A DNA stretch of 64,000 bases from Spirochaetales bacterium (GCA_016342585.1 JAEINK010000011.1:29757-93756); one strand, 5' to 3'. Positions 1 to 9,886 are shown, numbered from the stretch's first letter. The notes: generated from the sequence alone by a model not told the origin. Translations and numbers: made by a program.

Positions 1-881
1 ACCTCCTGTAACCTTTTCTGTTCATTCAGGCAGGATGATTCCTTGTGGGAGGCATCTGCGAATGGAAGGAAAGCCTCTGCAAATGATGAAGATAATTCCT
101 TGGGGGAGCAGAACTCTCCGGCTCCCATGATGAATCCGGCTTTCGATGTTCCATCGAATATCCGCTGAAAAACACCATTGATATAAGCTGGATCTTTTTG
201 TTCGGTTATAAGGATAAGCAGTCTTTCACCCACCGTACTGCTTATGCATCCGATTTTGTACTGGAGTTTTTTTGTGATATCATGATAGATATCATCTTTT
301 AGTTTTTCGGAAACCGAACCAATAGTCTCTATCAGATAAACCGCGGCTTTACTGGAGGTAAAGGAGAAGAGGGCTGTGAAATCTTTCCACTCCTTCTCTG
401 TCGGGTTTTTGTAGATCAGGCTTGTGAGGAAGTGCTTTTTCTTCTCTTCCCTGGTTTGCTGCAGAAACTCTACCGTGGCCAGCTGGTTTTTTTTCTCTTC
501 ATTTTTACTATCCAGGTGGGTTTTGATCTCCTGAAGCTTTTCGATGAGTGCTTTTCGGGAAATTGGTTTCACCATATAGCTGAAAACCCCCAGGGGGATT
601 GCTTTTTTTGCTATATCGAACCTTTCGTAGGCCGTCGCCAGGACGAATATCATGTCAGGAAATTGGCTTCGCACCTGTTTAATCGCCTCTATCCCGTCGA
701 TGCCGGGCATCTGAATATCCATGAAAACAAGGTCCGGTATGAGCTCCTTTATAAGGGTGACAGCCTCCGTTCCTGAACGGGCTTTTCCGCAGAGTTCAAA
801 ATCCGTAATATCCTTGTCGAAGATAAAGGCAAAGCTGTCCAGGACCGGTTCTTCATCATCAGCAATTATAACTCTATACAT
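1..881 (-). CDS. Response regulator, YesN-like (N-terminal receiver; runs off the left edge)
   Basis: Not in the ORF track. Manual translation from ATG 881 gives MYRVIIADDEEPVL...DLVFMDIQMPGIDG...ATAYERF...YMVKP, the canonical receiver motifs. It overlaps the end of the kinase gene. The output domain lies outside the window. Confidence 0.9.
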   Translation of the reverse strand, partial: MYRVIIADDEEPVLDSFAFIFDKDITDFELCGKARSGTEAVTLIKELIPDLVFMDIQMPGIDGIEAIKQVRSQFPDMIFVLATAYERFDIAKKAIPLGVFSYMVKPISRKALIEKLQEIKTHLDSKNEEKKNQLATVEFLQQTREEKKKHFLTSLIYKNPTEKEWKDFTALFSFTSSKAAVYLIETIGSVSEKLKDDIYHDITKKLQYKIGCISSTVGERLLILITEQKDPAYINGVFQRIFDGTSKAGFIMGAGEFCSPKELSSSFAEAFLPFADASHKESSCLNEQKRLQE

Positions 882-2362
882 GGTTTTACCTCTGTATGAA
901 TTCTGATAATTATCTCTGTACCCTTATCCGGGGCTGTTCTTATATCAATAACATCCTTCTGATCCGGATAAAAGAAGTAGCACCTTTGAATGACATTCTC
1001 TAACCCCATAACCTTGGAGGAGAGCTGATAATCATGGTTTGTGGGTGTTAGAATATTTTCCACAACCTCCCGGGGGATTCCTACACCATCATCTTTAACA
1101 GACAGGATGATCACAGGATCCTCCCAGCTGATGGAAACACTGACAGTTCCTGTTCCTTCCCGGCTCTTAAAGGCGTGGAGGACCGAGTTTTCAACAATGG
1201 GCTGCAGGACCATGGCTGGACAGGTAAATTGATCCAGGAGAGATTCATTTATATCCAGAATAAGGTTCAGTGATTTCGGAAATCGGATCTTCAGGATGTT
1301 AAAGTATGACAGGAGACCTTCATATTCATGCCGTAGGGGAACAAAGAATTTCTTCTCCCGGATGTTGTATCTGAAGAGGGCCGCTAAATGCTCCATGAAA
1401 TCCGCTGTTTTCTCCGCCTCTTCAACGATGGCTAGCTGGACGCCTGTATTTATTGTATTGAACAGAAAATGAGGGTTCATCTGAGCCTGCATCGTATAAA
1501 GTTCCATCCTCTTCAGGAGCTGTTCCATTTTCAGGTTCCTGACCCTCTCCGTCATTATCTCCTGTTCTATGGCCTTTTGTTTCTGCAGTTCGTGGATATA
1601 GTGGCGAATGGAGCTTTTCATGTCGTTGAAGGCCTCGGCAACCTGGTTTACTTCATTCACCGATTTATAATGGACATCCGGAACCTGAAAATCTCCTCCG
1701 GAGATCTTACCCGCCATACGGGATAGTTCATCCATGGGTGCGGATATCGAAAGCATGGTTTTGGTCAGGAGTGAAAACGCAAAGGCTGTTGTAAGGAGGA
1801 TTAGAAGAAGGCTGTAGATTTGAATCTTTCGAAAAAGTACGAGGAAGCCCCTGTACTCCTCCAGCTGCTCCCGGAATCCCGTGAGGCTTATCCTGTCAAT
1901 TCTTTCCCCGATGTATGAGTATAATGTGGAGAGATCTTCAAAGCCCGAAGTATACTCACTTACCTTCCTCCCCCTCTTCTGTTCAACAATCAGGTTTACC
2001 TTTTCAAGGTAAGTATCGATGAGGTAAAATATTTCTCTCTGCATGAGATCCTGTTGATTGGATGTAATCGGTCGGTCCGCAGGGAGGGCCTCTTTCAGGG
2101 TTTCGGTTGTGAAGAGAAGTTTTCCCAGGGAGACCGACGAGAAGGAGGCCAGATAATTTTCCAGGGGGTTCTGTACCTCTTCAAGTTGTACCTTTAACTC
2201 CTGGAGAAACTGTTCATTGGCAAAACGATCGTCAGCAACATCCTGCAGGGTTAAGGACATTATCAGAATGAATCCGAAGAAGATGACGGTTAGTCCCAGC
2301 GAGAGAACAAGGTAGTATACCAGCTTGCTTTTCAGGGAGTTGGAAAATTGTATCCTATTCAT
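866..2362 (-). CDS. Sensor histidine kinase, YesM/LytS family (2 TM, HAMP, His_kinase, HATPase)
   Basis: QAQMNPHFLFNTIN H-box, LQPIVENS N-box, DDGVG and MGLENV motifs, and a HAMP region after the second TM. ATG 2362 is preferred over 2374 because it follows a GGAGGGG SD and overlaps the upstream stop. Confidence 0.92.
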   Translation of the reverse strand: MNRIQFSNSLKSKLVYYLVLSLGLTVIFFGFILIMSLTLQDVADDRFANEQFLQELKVQLEEVQNPLENYLASFSSVSLGKLLFTTETLKEALPADRPITSNQQDLMQREIFYLIDTYLEKVNLIVEQKRGRKVSEYTSGFEDLSTLYSYIGERIDRISLTGFREQLEEYRGFLVLFRKIQIYSLLLILLTTAFAFSLLTKTMLSISAPMDELSRMAGKISGGDFQVPDVHYKSVNEVNQVAEAFNDMKSSIRHYIHELQKQKAIEQEIMTERVRNLKMEQLLKRMELYTMQAQMNPHFLFNTINTGVQLAIVEEAEKTADFMEHLAALFRYNIREKKFFVPLRHEYEGLLSYFNILKIRFPKSLNLILDINESLLDQFTCPAMVLQPIVENSVLHAFKSREGTGTVSVSISWEDPVIILSVKDDGVGIPREVVENILTPTNHDYQLSSKVMGLENVIQRCYFFYPDQKDVIDIRTAPDKGTEIIIRIHTEVKPCIEL

Positions 2363-3341
2363 TATCCCCTCCATTTATCGAGGATATTTCGGGATCTACT
2401 TCAGAAATTATGGAAATTCCCGTATCGACGTAGGCCGATGTATAACCGACGGTACAAATCTCCTTGAGGGCCATGACGGCACTGTAGCCGATTCGGTAGG
2501 GGTTTCTTACGATTGTTCCCAGGACGAGATCCTTACTGATATACTCCTTGATGGATTCGTTGTCTCCGAAACCGATGAATTGAACCTCTCCCACCATATT
2601 CATATCAATAATGGCCTGGACCGTTACGAGAGTATCGTTAGGATCGGTCAGAACAATTATATCCGGCAGGTCCGGTTTCCGCATAAGTTCATAAACCAGC
2701 CGTTCCGCGTCCAGGGGGTTTAAAGAGGTTTTTCTTGTCTCCAGGGAGGCCAGCCTGTCGCCCAGCACCGATAACATCCCCATTTCAATTAAATTATCAT
2801 CCGACATGAGTCCCGGGTTTTTATCACTGTAAATTAAAGCGATATTCAATTTATCCTTTTTCGCGTTCAGGGCAAGGGAGCCGATTGCCTTTCCTGATTC
2901 AAAATTATTTGTCCCGATAAAGAAGGTGCTTTCATTTCGCAGGATTTCGTTTTCGATCTGTACTATAGGAATGCCCGCTTTTACGATATTATCCAGAGAT
3001 TTCAGCATCATTTCATCATTCTTGTAGGGATAAACGGCAACACCGTCCAGGCCGGAAAAGGGGGCCATTTCCAGGCTTACGGGATCCGAATCTATCGAAT
3101 GGAATGTTATGGAGCAGTTCATCGATTCTGTCGCGCTTTCGGCTCCCTCTTTCAGGTTTCTAAAAAACGAATAATCCGATTCCGGAAGGAAGAAGGCAAA
3201 GTGGAACCGCTGTTCATCCTTAATCGTCTCTTCTCTTGAATTGAAAAATGGACTCTGGAACATGATTTTGATCGTTAATATTAATAATACAGCGAAAACC
3301 ACACCGAAGAAGGGCGGCAGATATTTAAGGAATTTATTCAC
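2355..3341 (-). CDS. Membrane-anchored sugar-binding protein (RbsB/Peripla_BP type I), probable accessory sensor
   Basis: N-terminal hydrophobic helix without a lipobox Cys. Carries FIGTNNFESG, IGFGD and TIVRNPYRIGY..V motifs of RbsB-like proteins. Overlaps the kinase start. Confidence 0.85.
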   Translation of the reverse strand: MNKFLKYLPPFFGVVFAVLLILTIKIMFQSPFFNSREETIKDEQRFHFAFFLPESDYSFFRNLKEGAESATESMNCSITFHSIDSDPVSLEMAPFSGLDGVAVYPYKNDEMMLKSLDNIVKAGIPIVQIENEILRNESTFFIGTNNFESGKAIGSLALNAKKDKLNIALIYSDKNPGLMSDDNLIEMGMLSVLGDRLASLETRKTSLNPLDAERLVYELMRKPDLPDIIVLTDPNDTLVTVQAIIDMNMVGEVQFIGFGDNESIKEYISKDLVLGTIVRNPYRIGYSAVMALKEICTVGYTSAYVDTGISIISEVDPEISSINGGDNE

Positions 3342-3347
3342 CTGACA

Positions 3348-3376
3348 ATATTACGTTTGATAGGGGCTTATGTAAA
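3348..3376 (-). promoter_or_regulatory. sigma70-type promoter for the SBP-kinase-regulator operon
   Basis: The minus strand reads TTTACA-17 nt-TAATAT, then 6 nt, then the GTG start. Confidence 0.55.
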
Positions 3377-3441
3377 GGATTTTTATGGTTTTCCAGTTTA
3401 GTTCTGTCTGGTCGCTTGAATCCGCGAATGGGGATAGATAT

Positions 3442-3469
3442 AAAAACTGCCCGGCGGTTGCCGGGCAGT
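3442..3469 (-). terminator. Intrinsic terminator of the giant lipoprotein gene
   Basis: Perfect 10 bp stem ACTGCCCGGC-GGTT-GCCGGGCAGT followed on the minus strand by a T run, ~25 nt after the stop at 3496. Confidence 0.85.
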
Positions 3470-3495
3470 AGTAACAGATTTTGTTTATATTTATC

Positions 3496-6400
3496 TTAAG
3501 CGTTTATCTCGTTAATACGGTCCTGGGCTTCGGTTTGACGGTTTCCATCGTCGCAATTATTTACTACCCAGGTAAATGCATCAATTGCCTGTGCGTCATC
3601 TTCGTGACCTGAAACATTCATGTAGGCATATCCAATACTCATATAGGCATCTGTGAGTCTTTGATTATAACTGTAATCTTCATTAAGGATGTTGTCTATG
3701 AGCCACTGGTAATCGGCGATTCCAAGAGCAAAATCTCCTGTCCCATTTCGGTTGATATACGTATCGGCGCGCTCAAAGCGGGTATTATACAGATCATTCC
3801 TGGTTTCCCTGTAAATCCAGTCATCATCGTCATCTATTTCGGGGTAATCGGGTTCCACTTTTTCGAAGGCGGTAATCGCCGTGCTGTAGGATGATATTGC
3901 TGTATCCAGATCCTGTGGATCCCCATTTTTTTCAAAATCCCCGTCTGCTTTATAAACTTGCCCAATACCCCTTTGAGCCCGGGCAGCATAAAATCCATTT
4001 TCAATATGACTGTAGCTACTGATAATCGTATTACACCAGAACAATGCTTCCTCAAAACTTAAATCATAGTCATCACCGTCAACAGTGATGGTCTGTCCGT
4101 CAAAGGTGCCGTTAAGTTCAGCCAGGTTTACCATACATTCAACAGCATTTTCTTCTCTCACATCTGGATTTCCGATCACATCGAAGCAGTAGGTAAATCC
4201 TTCTTCAAGGTAGGGCTTTAGAATTTCGAACTCTGTTTCAAAGTCATAAATATGCATTAAATCAAAATCACATTCGGCAATCCGCTGTTTGGTTTCCAGC
4301 ACATCATCAAGCCATAAGGCTCCCCATGTCTCCTCATCAACGGCATTTTTATATGCGCCTAAGGCCTCGATAAGATAATCTTTGCCTGTTGATCTTCTCC
4401 ATGTTTCATCCCAGTCAAGTCTCTGGCCTTCACTATGGTATTTATCCCTGTTGGCTTCTCCAATTTCCCGCCAACAGTCGGATACATCCCGTCCCCAGTC
4501 GTCGAAATTATCAGCTTCCTCTACAGCAGTTCCAAGTTCAAACTCATCTATAGCATCATCTATATATGCAATGAATTCAATATTGTTCCAGTAGAGTTCA
4601 CAGGCATACCGGTAAATGAGACTCCCCTTATTTCTGTATGCTCTAAGCAGGTATTCATTTGTCATTGAAACATCACCTATTGCATCGTCAAAGGCAATGA
4701 TTCCCGCATCGAAGAGTGTTGTCAGATGTGTTTCGTAGTCGGTTGCTTCTTCATCATAATCATCAATTTCATTTTTATAGGTGTCGGCTAAGTCAACAAG
4801 GATTCTTCCCCTTTCATCGGGATCAAATTCATCAACGATATTATCGAGAATGTTCGAAAGGGTTGATCTGGCGTCAGCGTACAACTCCATTCCAAGCTGA
4901 CACTCTGCCATATTACGCTGAGAATTATAGTAGTACCACTCTTCAGTATTTGGTGTTATTTCATCATAAACACTAATTGCACCATTAAAAGCTTCATCTG
5001 CAAGAACATCATCTTCGGCATCGTCACGGTAGATCCACCCTTTTTCCATATAGGCATCACCAACATTAATTCTGATCCTGTCCATTATTCTGAGATAATC
5101 TTCTGAATTCTCAAAATCGCTTTCACTGTAGACACCATCAACAAGTGCCGCTTCGCCGACTGTTATGGCCTGATCAAAAACGGTTAATGCTTCGTTCCAG
5201 TAGTCCCTGTTTCTGTAATCGTTTGCTTTACTTCTGTAGCAGTCAACAAGGGTTTCATGGATTTCTGCCAGACCCTCTTTTTCGAAATAATCAGGAGGAG
5301 ATGATATTATCTCTTCTGCTTTATCAATGGCCACAGTATAAGCTCGGAGGCCATTATAGGCCTGAATAACAATTCTCTGTCCTTCACCGACCGCCCATGC
5401 TTCGCCGGGGAATTTCTCATAGGTAATTCCTTCGGCATATTCGATTGCTTTATAGAAGAAGGCTCTCCAGTTGACTCCTACTCTGTCCCTGTTATCCCAG
5501 CCTTTATCGGTATAGAAATATCCAAGGTGGCGTCTTATCCAGGCCTCTTCATCAAGATTTCTGGATACGGCTAATTCCAGGGCTGCTTCCGCAGAGGCTA
5601 TGGCTAAATCCTTATTCTGTACTTCTTTGTCCCAGGCATAATAATCCCCATAGGACATATAGGCTGTTATTTTTTGTGGTGCAAATTCGGACGGCCCCGC
5701 CAGAACTGTGGATCGAACGGTCATAAACTTTGTGTAAATACCGGCTTCGGACTGTCCTTCATTAATCAGGGCCCTCATCCAATCCTTATACATCCAGAGG
5801 AGATCCCCATAGGACCAGTAGGCCTGATTGGGATTTTCTGGCAGGCATAGAGTGTATGCTGTTTTGAAGGCGGTTTCGGCCTGTTCATAATAGGTTATAG
5901 CTCCAGAAAGAGTTTCTTCATTATTTCCTGTAGTTCTATATCTTCCACCGATATTCTTCCAGGCAGTTCCCTTATACTGGTCAGGCATATTGACATTATC
6001 TATTATTTTCATCCATTCGGCTTTTGCTTCGGCTAAACCGGATACATCCCATTTCGCCCAGGCTATGGCATCATGGGTCTGCTGGATTTTCCAGTAGTCG
6101 GTGACGCCGTCATCATCCAGCGTGTTGGCTGAAGAATCAAATATCTTGTTCCATTCGGTAATCGCTGTCGCTGCTTCATCTGCCCATCTATATGTTTCCG
6201 CATAGTGAAACTTGGTCCAGAATCTCTCATTATTATCTATTCCGGGAATGGCCAGAGCTTCGGTGAATTTTGCCCGGGCTTCGGTCCACTCATTCTTCAT
6301 CATATGGTTAAAACCCATTCCGCTTACGGCACTGGCATGATATTTTGTGTTGGTGTAGGGAGAAGCAGAAAGTTCTTCAAAAATTGTTTTTGCTGCAGCA

Positions 6401-8322
6401 AGATTCTGAAGTTCGGTATCCCGGAAATACCACTGATAGGACCATGCCTGGGAGAGTTTTGCTTTGGGATATGAATCAGAAGACGGATACAATGTAACGA
6501 CTTTTTGATACTCCGCAAAAGCCTCCTGGCGTTTGTTCATATTATCATAGCAGTAACCCGACTGGAGATAGGCTTCCGCAAATACTGCTGTTTCCGGATA
6601 ATAGGTGAGGATTTTTCTGAATTCACTCAAGGCTGTTGCAGGATCTCCCTCCTCCCGGAGTATTATGGCGGCATCCAATCTTTCCTGGGCGGTTTTTCCT
6701 TCGTATGTCAGGGCTGTCGCGGGGATGGCAACCTCAACCTTCATGTAATTTGTATTATAGTCACCTCTGCCATCTGTAACCTTGAGTCCCAGCGTATATT
6801 CACCCGGGACATCGGCAGTGAATATTGCTGCCGAAACCGAGGTATCATCCTGTACAAGTTGTGCTTCTGTACTGTTATCGGGGCTTCCGGCTATGAACCA
6901 GAAATATTCAATGATGGCGTCTCCTTCGTCGGGATCTGTACTTCCGCTGCCATCCAGGGTTACATCTTCGAGTACCTGGGCTGTTTTATTCTCACCTGCG
7001 TCTGAAGCAGGAGGAGTGTTGTCCGCTTTCTCTATTCCGTCTGTCACTGCATCCTGAAGGAAGGTTTTCAGTCCCTCATCCTGGATCTCTATTACTGCAA
7101 CAGAGGCGGTAGAATCGTCACCATCTTCATCTATACGAATCGCGGATTCAAGTGCAGCCTGGTCGAATGATGCATCTATGGATTGGGCTCCGTCGGAGGC
7201 GCCGGTAACCACTGCCGTGAGTACACTCTGTCGGTCTGCTTCATCTAGGCGGACCATCTTCCCTGCTGAGTTGGAGGTCGATTCGGTAATCTGGCCGATG
7301 ATGGCCCTGGTATCAGCATTGTTGGTTTTTGTTTCAATCCCTGTGATTCGGATTTCGGAAACTGCATTTATGGCGCTTTTGGTAACCTTTTCCACAACCT
7401 CGGCAATGTTTCCGGAATTAATCATCTCAAGGCTGTCGGCTCCCGACAGAGCAGAGGATGTAATATCGGAGGTCAACTCTTTTATAGCTGTTACCGTTTC
7501 CGCAGCACTTGTTCCTATGGAGATATCATCTGCGATTTGTTCGATTGCCTGAGTTGCACCGGCAGTGATTCCACCAATTACTTCCGGGACCTGTTCTGCA
7601 TTGAATCCTTCAACTTCAATGTTATCGATTGCAGAAACAGCTCCTTCTGTTATGCTTTTTGTTGCACTTCTGATTACTGAGCCTTCTGAAGCGCCCGTAT
7701 TTTCGACTATATTTTCAACGGCTGCCCGGGTTATAACCTGAATAACCGAGGGCACTTCACTCGCCTGAACCCCCCCATTATCAAGGGCTGTAATCAATGT
7801 GGTCATCGTGCTTTTGGCACCGTCTGCCAGTTCGCTGGATTCAAGACCTGCATTTGAAAGGTTTCGAATAGCTGCTGCGGAGATCTGCCTGAGGATTTGT
7901 TCCATGGAAATGGCGAAAGAATCAATCGCTCTGGATGATTCGAGGACATCGGACTTATGTTCATCAAGGCTTTCCATTATGGATGTAAGGATTACATCTA
8001 TGACGGCGAGTCTTTCCTCCGCTGAAAGTTCCCCTATATCACCTATGGCCGTTATGGCTCCGTCAATTATTTTATCCATGACTAGCTCTACATCTGTGGT
8101 GTCAGTAACGACCAGACTTCGGGCTCCATCTGCTACCTGGCTGGCATAATTCGCAGAGAGGACCGGGGAGAGTACAAGTGCTGCTTCCATCTCTTCAATA
8201 AAGGTATATGCTGTGATTGATTCAACAGGTGTTGGTTTGGGAGTAGGAGCCAAACCAAAGGGGTTACATGAGGCAACAAACAGGACTGCCAGTAACAGGG
8301 TGAGAAACTTACACTGTTTCAT
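3496..8322 (-). CDS. Very large (~1608 aa) putative lipoprotein: helical repeat region, PKD/Ig-like domain, long TPR array
   Basis: ATG 8322 has an AAGGAG SD and starts the signal peptide MKQCKFLTLLLAVLFVAS-C. PKD signature NTPPASDAG...VTLDGSGSTDPD...YFW...PGEYTLGLKVTD. Many TPR-like units, e.g. AYLQSGYCY..A..EYQKVVTLYP. Confidence 0.85.
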   Translation of the reverse strand: MKQCKFLTLLLAVLFVASCNPFGLAPTPKPTPVESITAYTFIEEMEAALVLSPVLSANYASQVADGARSLVVTDTTDVELVMDKIIDGAITAIGDIGELSAEERLAVIDVILTSIMESLDEHKSDVLESSRAIDSFAISMEQILRQISAAAIRNLSNAGLESSELADGAKSTMTTLITALDNGGVQASEVPSVIQVITRAAVENIVENTGASEGSVIRSATKSITEGAVSAIDNIEVEGFNAEQVPEVIGGITAGATQAIEQIADDISIGTSAAETVTAIKELTSDITSSALSGADSLEMINSGNIAEVVEKVTKSAINAVSEIRITGIETKTNNADTRAIIGQITESTSNSAGKMVRLDEADRQSVLTAVVTGASDGAQSIDASFDQAALESAIRIDEDGDDSTASVAVIEIQDEGLKTFLQDAVTDGIEKADNTPPASDAGENKTAQVLEDVTLDGSGSTDPDEGDAIIEYFWFIAGSPDNSTEAQLVQDDTSVSAAIFTADVPGEYTLGLKVTDGRGDYNTNYMKVEVAIPATALTYEGKTAQERLDAAIILREEGDPATALSEFRKILTYYPETAVFAEAYLQSGYCYDNMNKRQEAFAEYQKVVTLYPSSDSYPKAKLSQAWSYQWYFRDTELQNLAAAKTIFEELSASPYTNTKYHASAVSGMGFNHMMKNEWTEARAKFTEALAIPGIDNNERFWTKFHYAETYRWADEAATAITEWNKIFDSSANTLDDDGVTDYWKIQQTHDAIAWAKWDVSGLAEAKAEWMKIIDNVNMPDQYKGTAWKNIGGRYRTTGNNEETLSGAITYYEQAETAFKTAYTLCLPENPNQAYWSYGDLLWMYKDWMRALINEGQSEAGIYTKFMTVRSTVLAGPSEFAPQKITAYMSYGDYYAWDKEVQNKDLAIASAEAALELAVSRNLDEEAWIRRHLGYFYTDKGWDNRDRVGVNWRAFFYKAIEYAEGITYEKFPGEAWAVGEGQRIVIQAYNGLRAYTVAIDKAEEIISSPPDYFEKEGLAEIHETLVDCYRSKANDYRNRDYWNEALTVFDQAITVGEAALVDGVYSESDFENSEDYLRIMDRIRINVGDAYMEKGWIYRDDAEDDVLADEAFNGAISVYDEITPNTEEWYYYNSQRNMAECQLGMELYADARSTLSNILDNIVDEFDPDERGRILVDLADTYKNEIDDYDEEATDYETHLTTLFDAGIIAFDDAIGDVSMTNEYLLRAYRNKGSLIYRYACELYWNNIEFIAYIDDAIDEFELGTAVEEADNFDDWGRDVSDCWREIGEANRDKYHSEGQRLDWDETWRRSTGKDYLIEALGAYKNAVDEETWGALWLDDVLETKQRIAECDFDLMHIYDFETEFEILKPYLEEGFTYCFDVIGNPDVREENAVECMVNLAELNGTFDGQTITVDGDDYDLSFEEALFWCNTIISSYSHIENGFYAARAQRGIGQVYKADGDFEKNGDPQDLDTAISSYSTAITAFEKVEPDYPEIDDDDDWIYRETRNDLYNTRFERADTYINRNGTGDFALGIADYQWLIDNILNEDYSYNQRLTDAYMSIGYAYMNVSGHEDDAQAIDAFTWVVNNCDDGNRQTEAQDRINEINA

Positions 8323-8390
8323 TTTTTGCTCCTTGATTTTATCATTGTTTTTTTTGGAAGTTATCACTTTTGATGTAATTTATTCTAATG

Positions 8391-8419
8391 ATTATACACG
8401 TGCTCAGATTTGAAGTAAA
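8391..8419 (-). promoter_or_regulatory. sigma70-type promoter for the giant lipoprotein
   Basis: The minus strand reads TTTACT-17 nt-TATAAT, about 70 nt upstream of ATG 8322. Confidence 0.55.
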
Positions 8420-8515
8420 TTAAATACGGCTTAAGTGTTATGTTTTTATTGGAAAATATTTCTATAATGATAAAATAAGGAACAAATCCAAGGTGCTACA
8501 CAGGGTCCGATTGAA

Positions 8516-9142
8516 ATGATGAGTAAAAACAGCGGCCGCGGGGCGGCCATCCTGGCAGGCGGGAGCAGCTGCAGGTTCGGCAGTGATAAAGCGGTTATTG
8601 AAACGAGGGAAGGTCCTTTAATCAAATGGATTGCCGATCAGCTGATGGATGTATTTGATGAGGTGATCGTTATCGCCAATGATCCGGAACGATATGATTT
8701 TCTTGAACTCCCGGTTTATCCCGACCTGCTGAAAGGCAGGGGGCCTCTGGGCGGAGTTCATGCGGGCTTAGTTGCTTCTTCCTTCAGGCATACTTTTTTT
8801 ACAGCCTGCGATATGCCCTTTATCTCTATCCCTCTTATTCGTCATATGGAATCTGTGATTATTAAGAGTTCACCCCCGGCTCTGGTAGCCTGCCGGGACG
8901 GTTTTGTTGAACCCTTTCATGGTTTCTATTCAAGAGACCTTGTCAGCCTGATAGAAACTTTTTCCGGAAATGAAGGAGGGGGAATATATGCATTCCTGCG
9001 GACAGTGTCGTATCTCCGGGTAGAGCAGGATAGGCTTTTACAGTTTTGCCCTGACGGTCGAATTTTTAAAAATATTAACAGGATGGAAGATTTGTCTTTG
9101 CTGGGAGATCTGGCCTGCCGGAGTGCTTCTATCAGCAACTGA
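8516..9142 (+). CDS. mobA: Molybdenum cofactor guanylyltransferase
   Basis: ILAGG.S.RFGSDKA, GPLGG, ACDMPF, EPFHGFY and FKNIN motifs. Confidence 0.9.
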   Translation: MMSKNSGRGAAILAGGSSCRFGSDKAVIETREGPLIKWIADQLMDVFDEVIVIANDPERYDFLELPVYPDLLKGRGPLGGVHAGLVASSFRHTFFTACDMPFISIPLIRHMESVIIKSSPPALVACRDGFVEPFHGFYSRDLVSLIETFSGNEGGGIYAFLRTVSYLRVEQDRLLQFCPDGRIFKNINRMEDLSLLGDLACRSASISN

Positions 9143-9713
9143 TAAGGTCTATCAATTTGTAAAGTTCTGGGAGGAGCGTTTCCTTTATATCGTAATACTC
9201 TTCCGACACACTCCATTCGGTGGTTGAATAGAAAATCAGCCCCCAGAGCAGTTTTGTGAGCAGTTTACTGGATTGGGATGTGATATATTCCCCTTCGGTC
9301 TGACCCTGGTTAATGTTCTTTTCAATTAACCTGATGGTCGCAAATTCTCCTATTCGGAAAATATCACTCCCGGACTTGATCTCCGAAGAGTATATGGTTC
9401 TGATAATTTCCGGCCCTTTTTTCTTGTAATAGTCGAGCTGATAATCCAGGTATTTTCTCAACTTCTCCCTGCAGGAGGTTTCTGTAAGAGAGTTATAGAA
9501 ATCAAAGAGGTCGGTACTCTCATCCTTGATGTAGGTTATGAGTATATCCATTTTTGATTTAAAATAGTGGTAGAAGGTTCCCTTGCCGATTTCTGCTTCT
9601 TTACAGATGTCGATCAGTGTTGTCTGGTCATACCCCTTTTTACTGATCAGAGATAAGGCGGCAGTGTAAATCTTCTCTTTTGCGATCATACCTTTTTCTG
9701 TTTTTGGTTCCAT
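9132..9713 (-). CDS. TetR/AcrR family transcriptional regulator
   Basis: N-terminal HTH KGYDQTTLIDICKEAEIGKGTFYHYFKSK. Divergent from aor. Confidence 0.93.
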   Translation of the reverse strand: MEPKTEKGMIAKEKIYTAALSLISKKGYDQTTLIDICKEAEIGKGTFYHYFKSKMDILITYIKDESTDLFDFYNSLTETSCREKLRKYLDYQLDYYKKKGPEIIRTIYSSEIKSGSDIFRIGEFATIRLIEKNINQGQTEGEYITSQSSKLLTKLLWGLIFYSTTEWSVSEEYYDIKETLLPELYKLIDLISC

Positions 9714-9758
9714 CTTTTACTGGCCTCTATCTAAACTCTTCGCTCTGGAATTCCTTTG

Positions 9759-9787
9759 TTGACATATCCTTTAATGAATCATATAAT
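9759..9787 (+). promoter_or_regulatory. Consensus sigma70 promoter of the aor operon
   Basis: Exact TTGACA (9759-9764), 17 nt spacer, TATAAT (9782-9787). Confidence 0.85.
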
Positions 9788-9792
9788 TTTTG

Positions 9793-9814
9793 TAAACCGA
9801 CCGCAACCGGTTTT
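9793..9814. promoter_or_regulatory. Probable TetR operator 1 (TAAACCG-N8-CGGTTTW)
   Basis: TAAACCGACCGCAACCGGTTTT lies over the predicted +1. A near-identical copy is at 9905. Confidence 0.7.
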
Positions 9815-9864
9815 TATCCATTGCGTATTGATTTTTAATAATTTTATTAGAGCCGGGGTTCATA

Positions 9865-9886
9865 TCCCCGCAGCTTGTTGCGGGGA
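9865..9886. repeat. GC-rich palindrome (REP-like hairpin) in the aor leader
   Basis: TCCCCGCAGC-TT-GTTGCGGGGA, without a U-tract. Confidence 0.55.
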
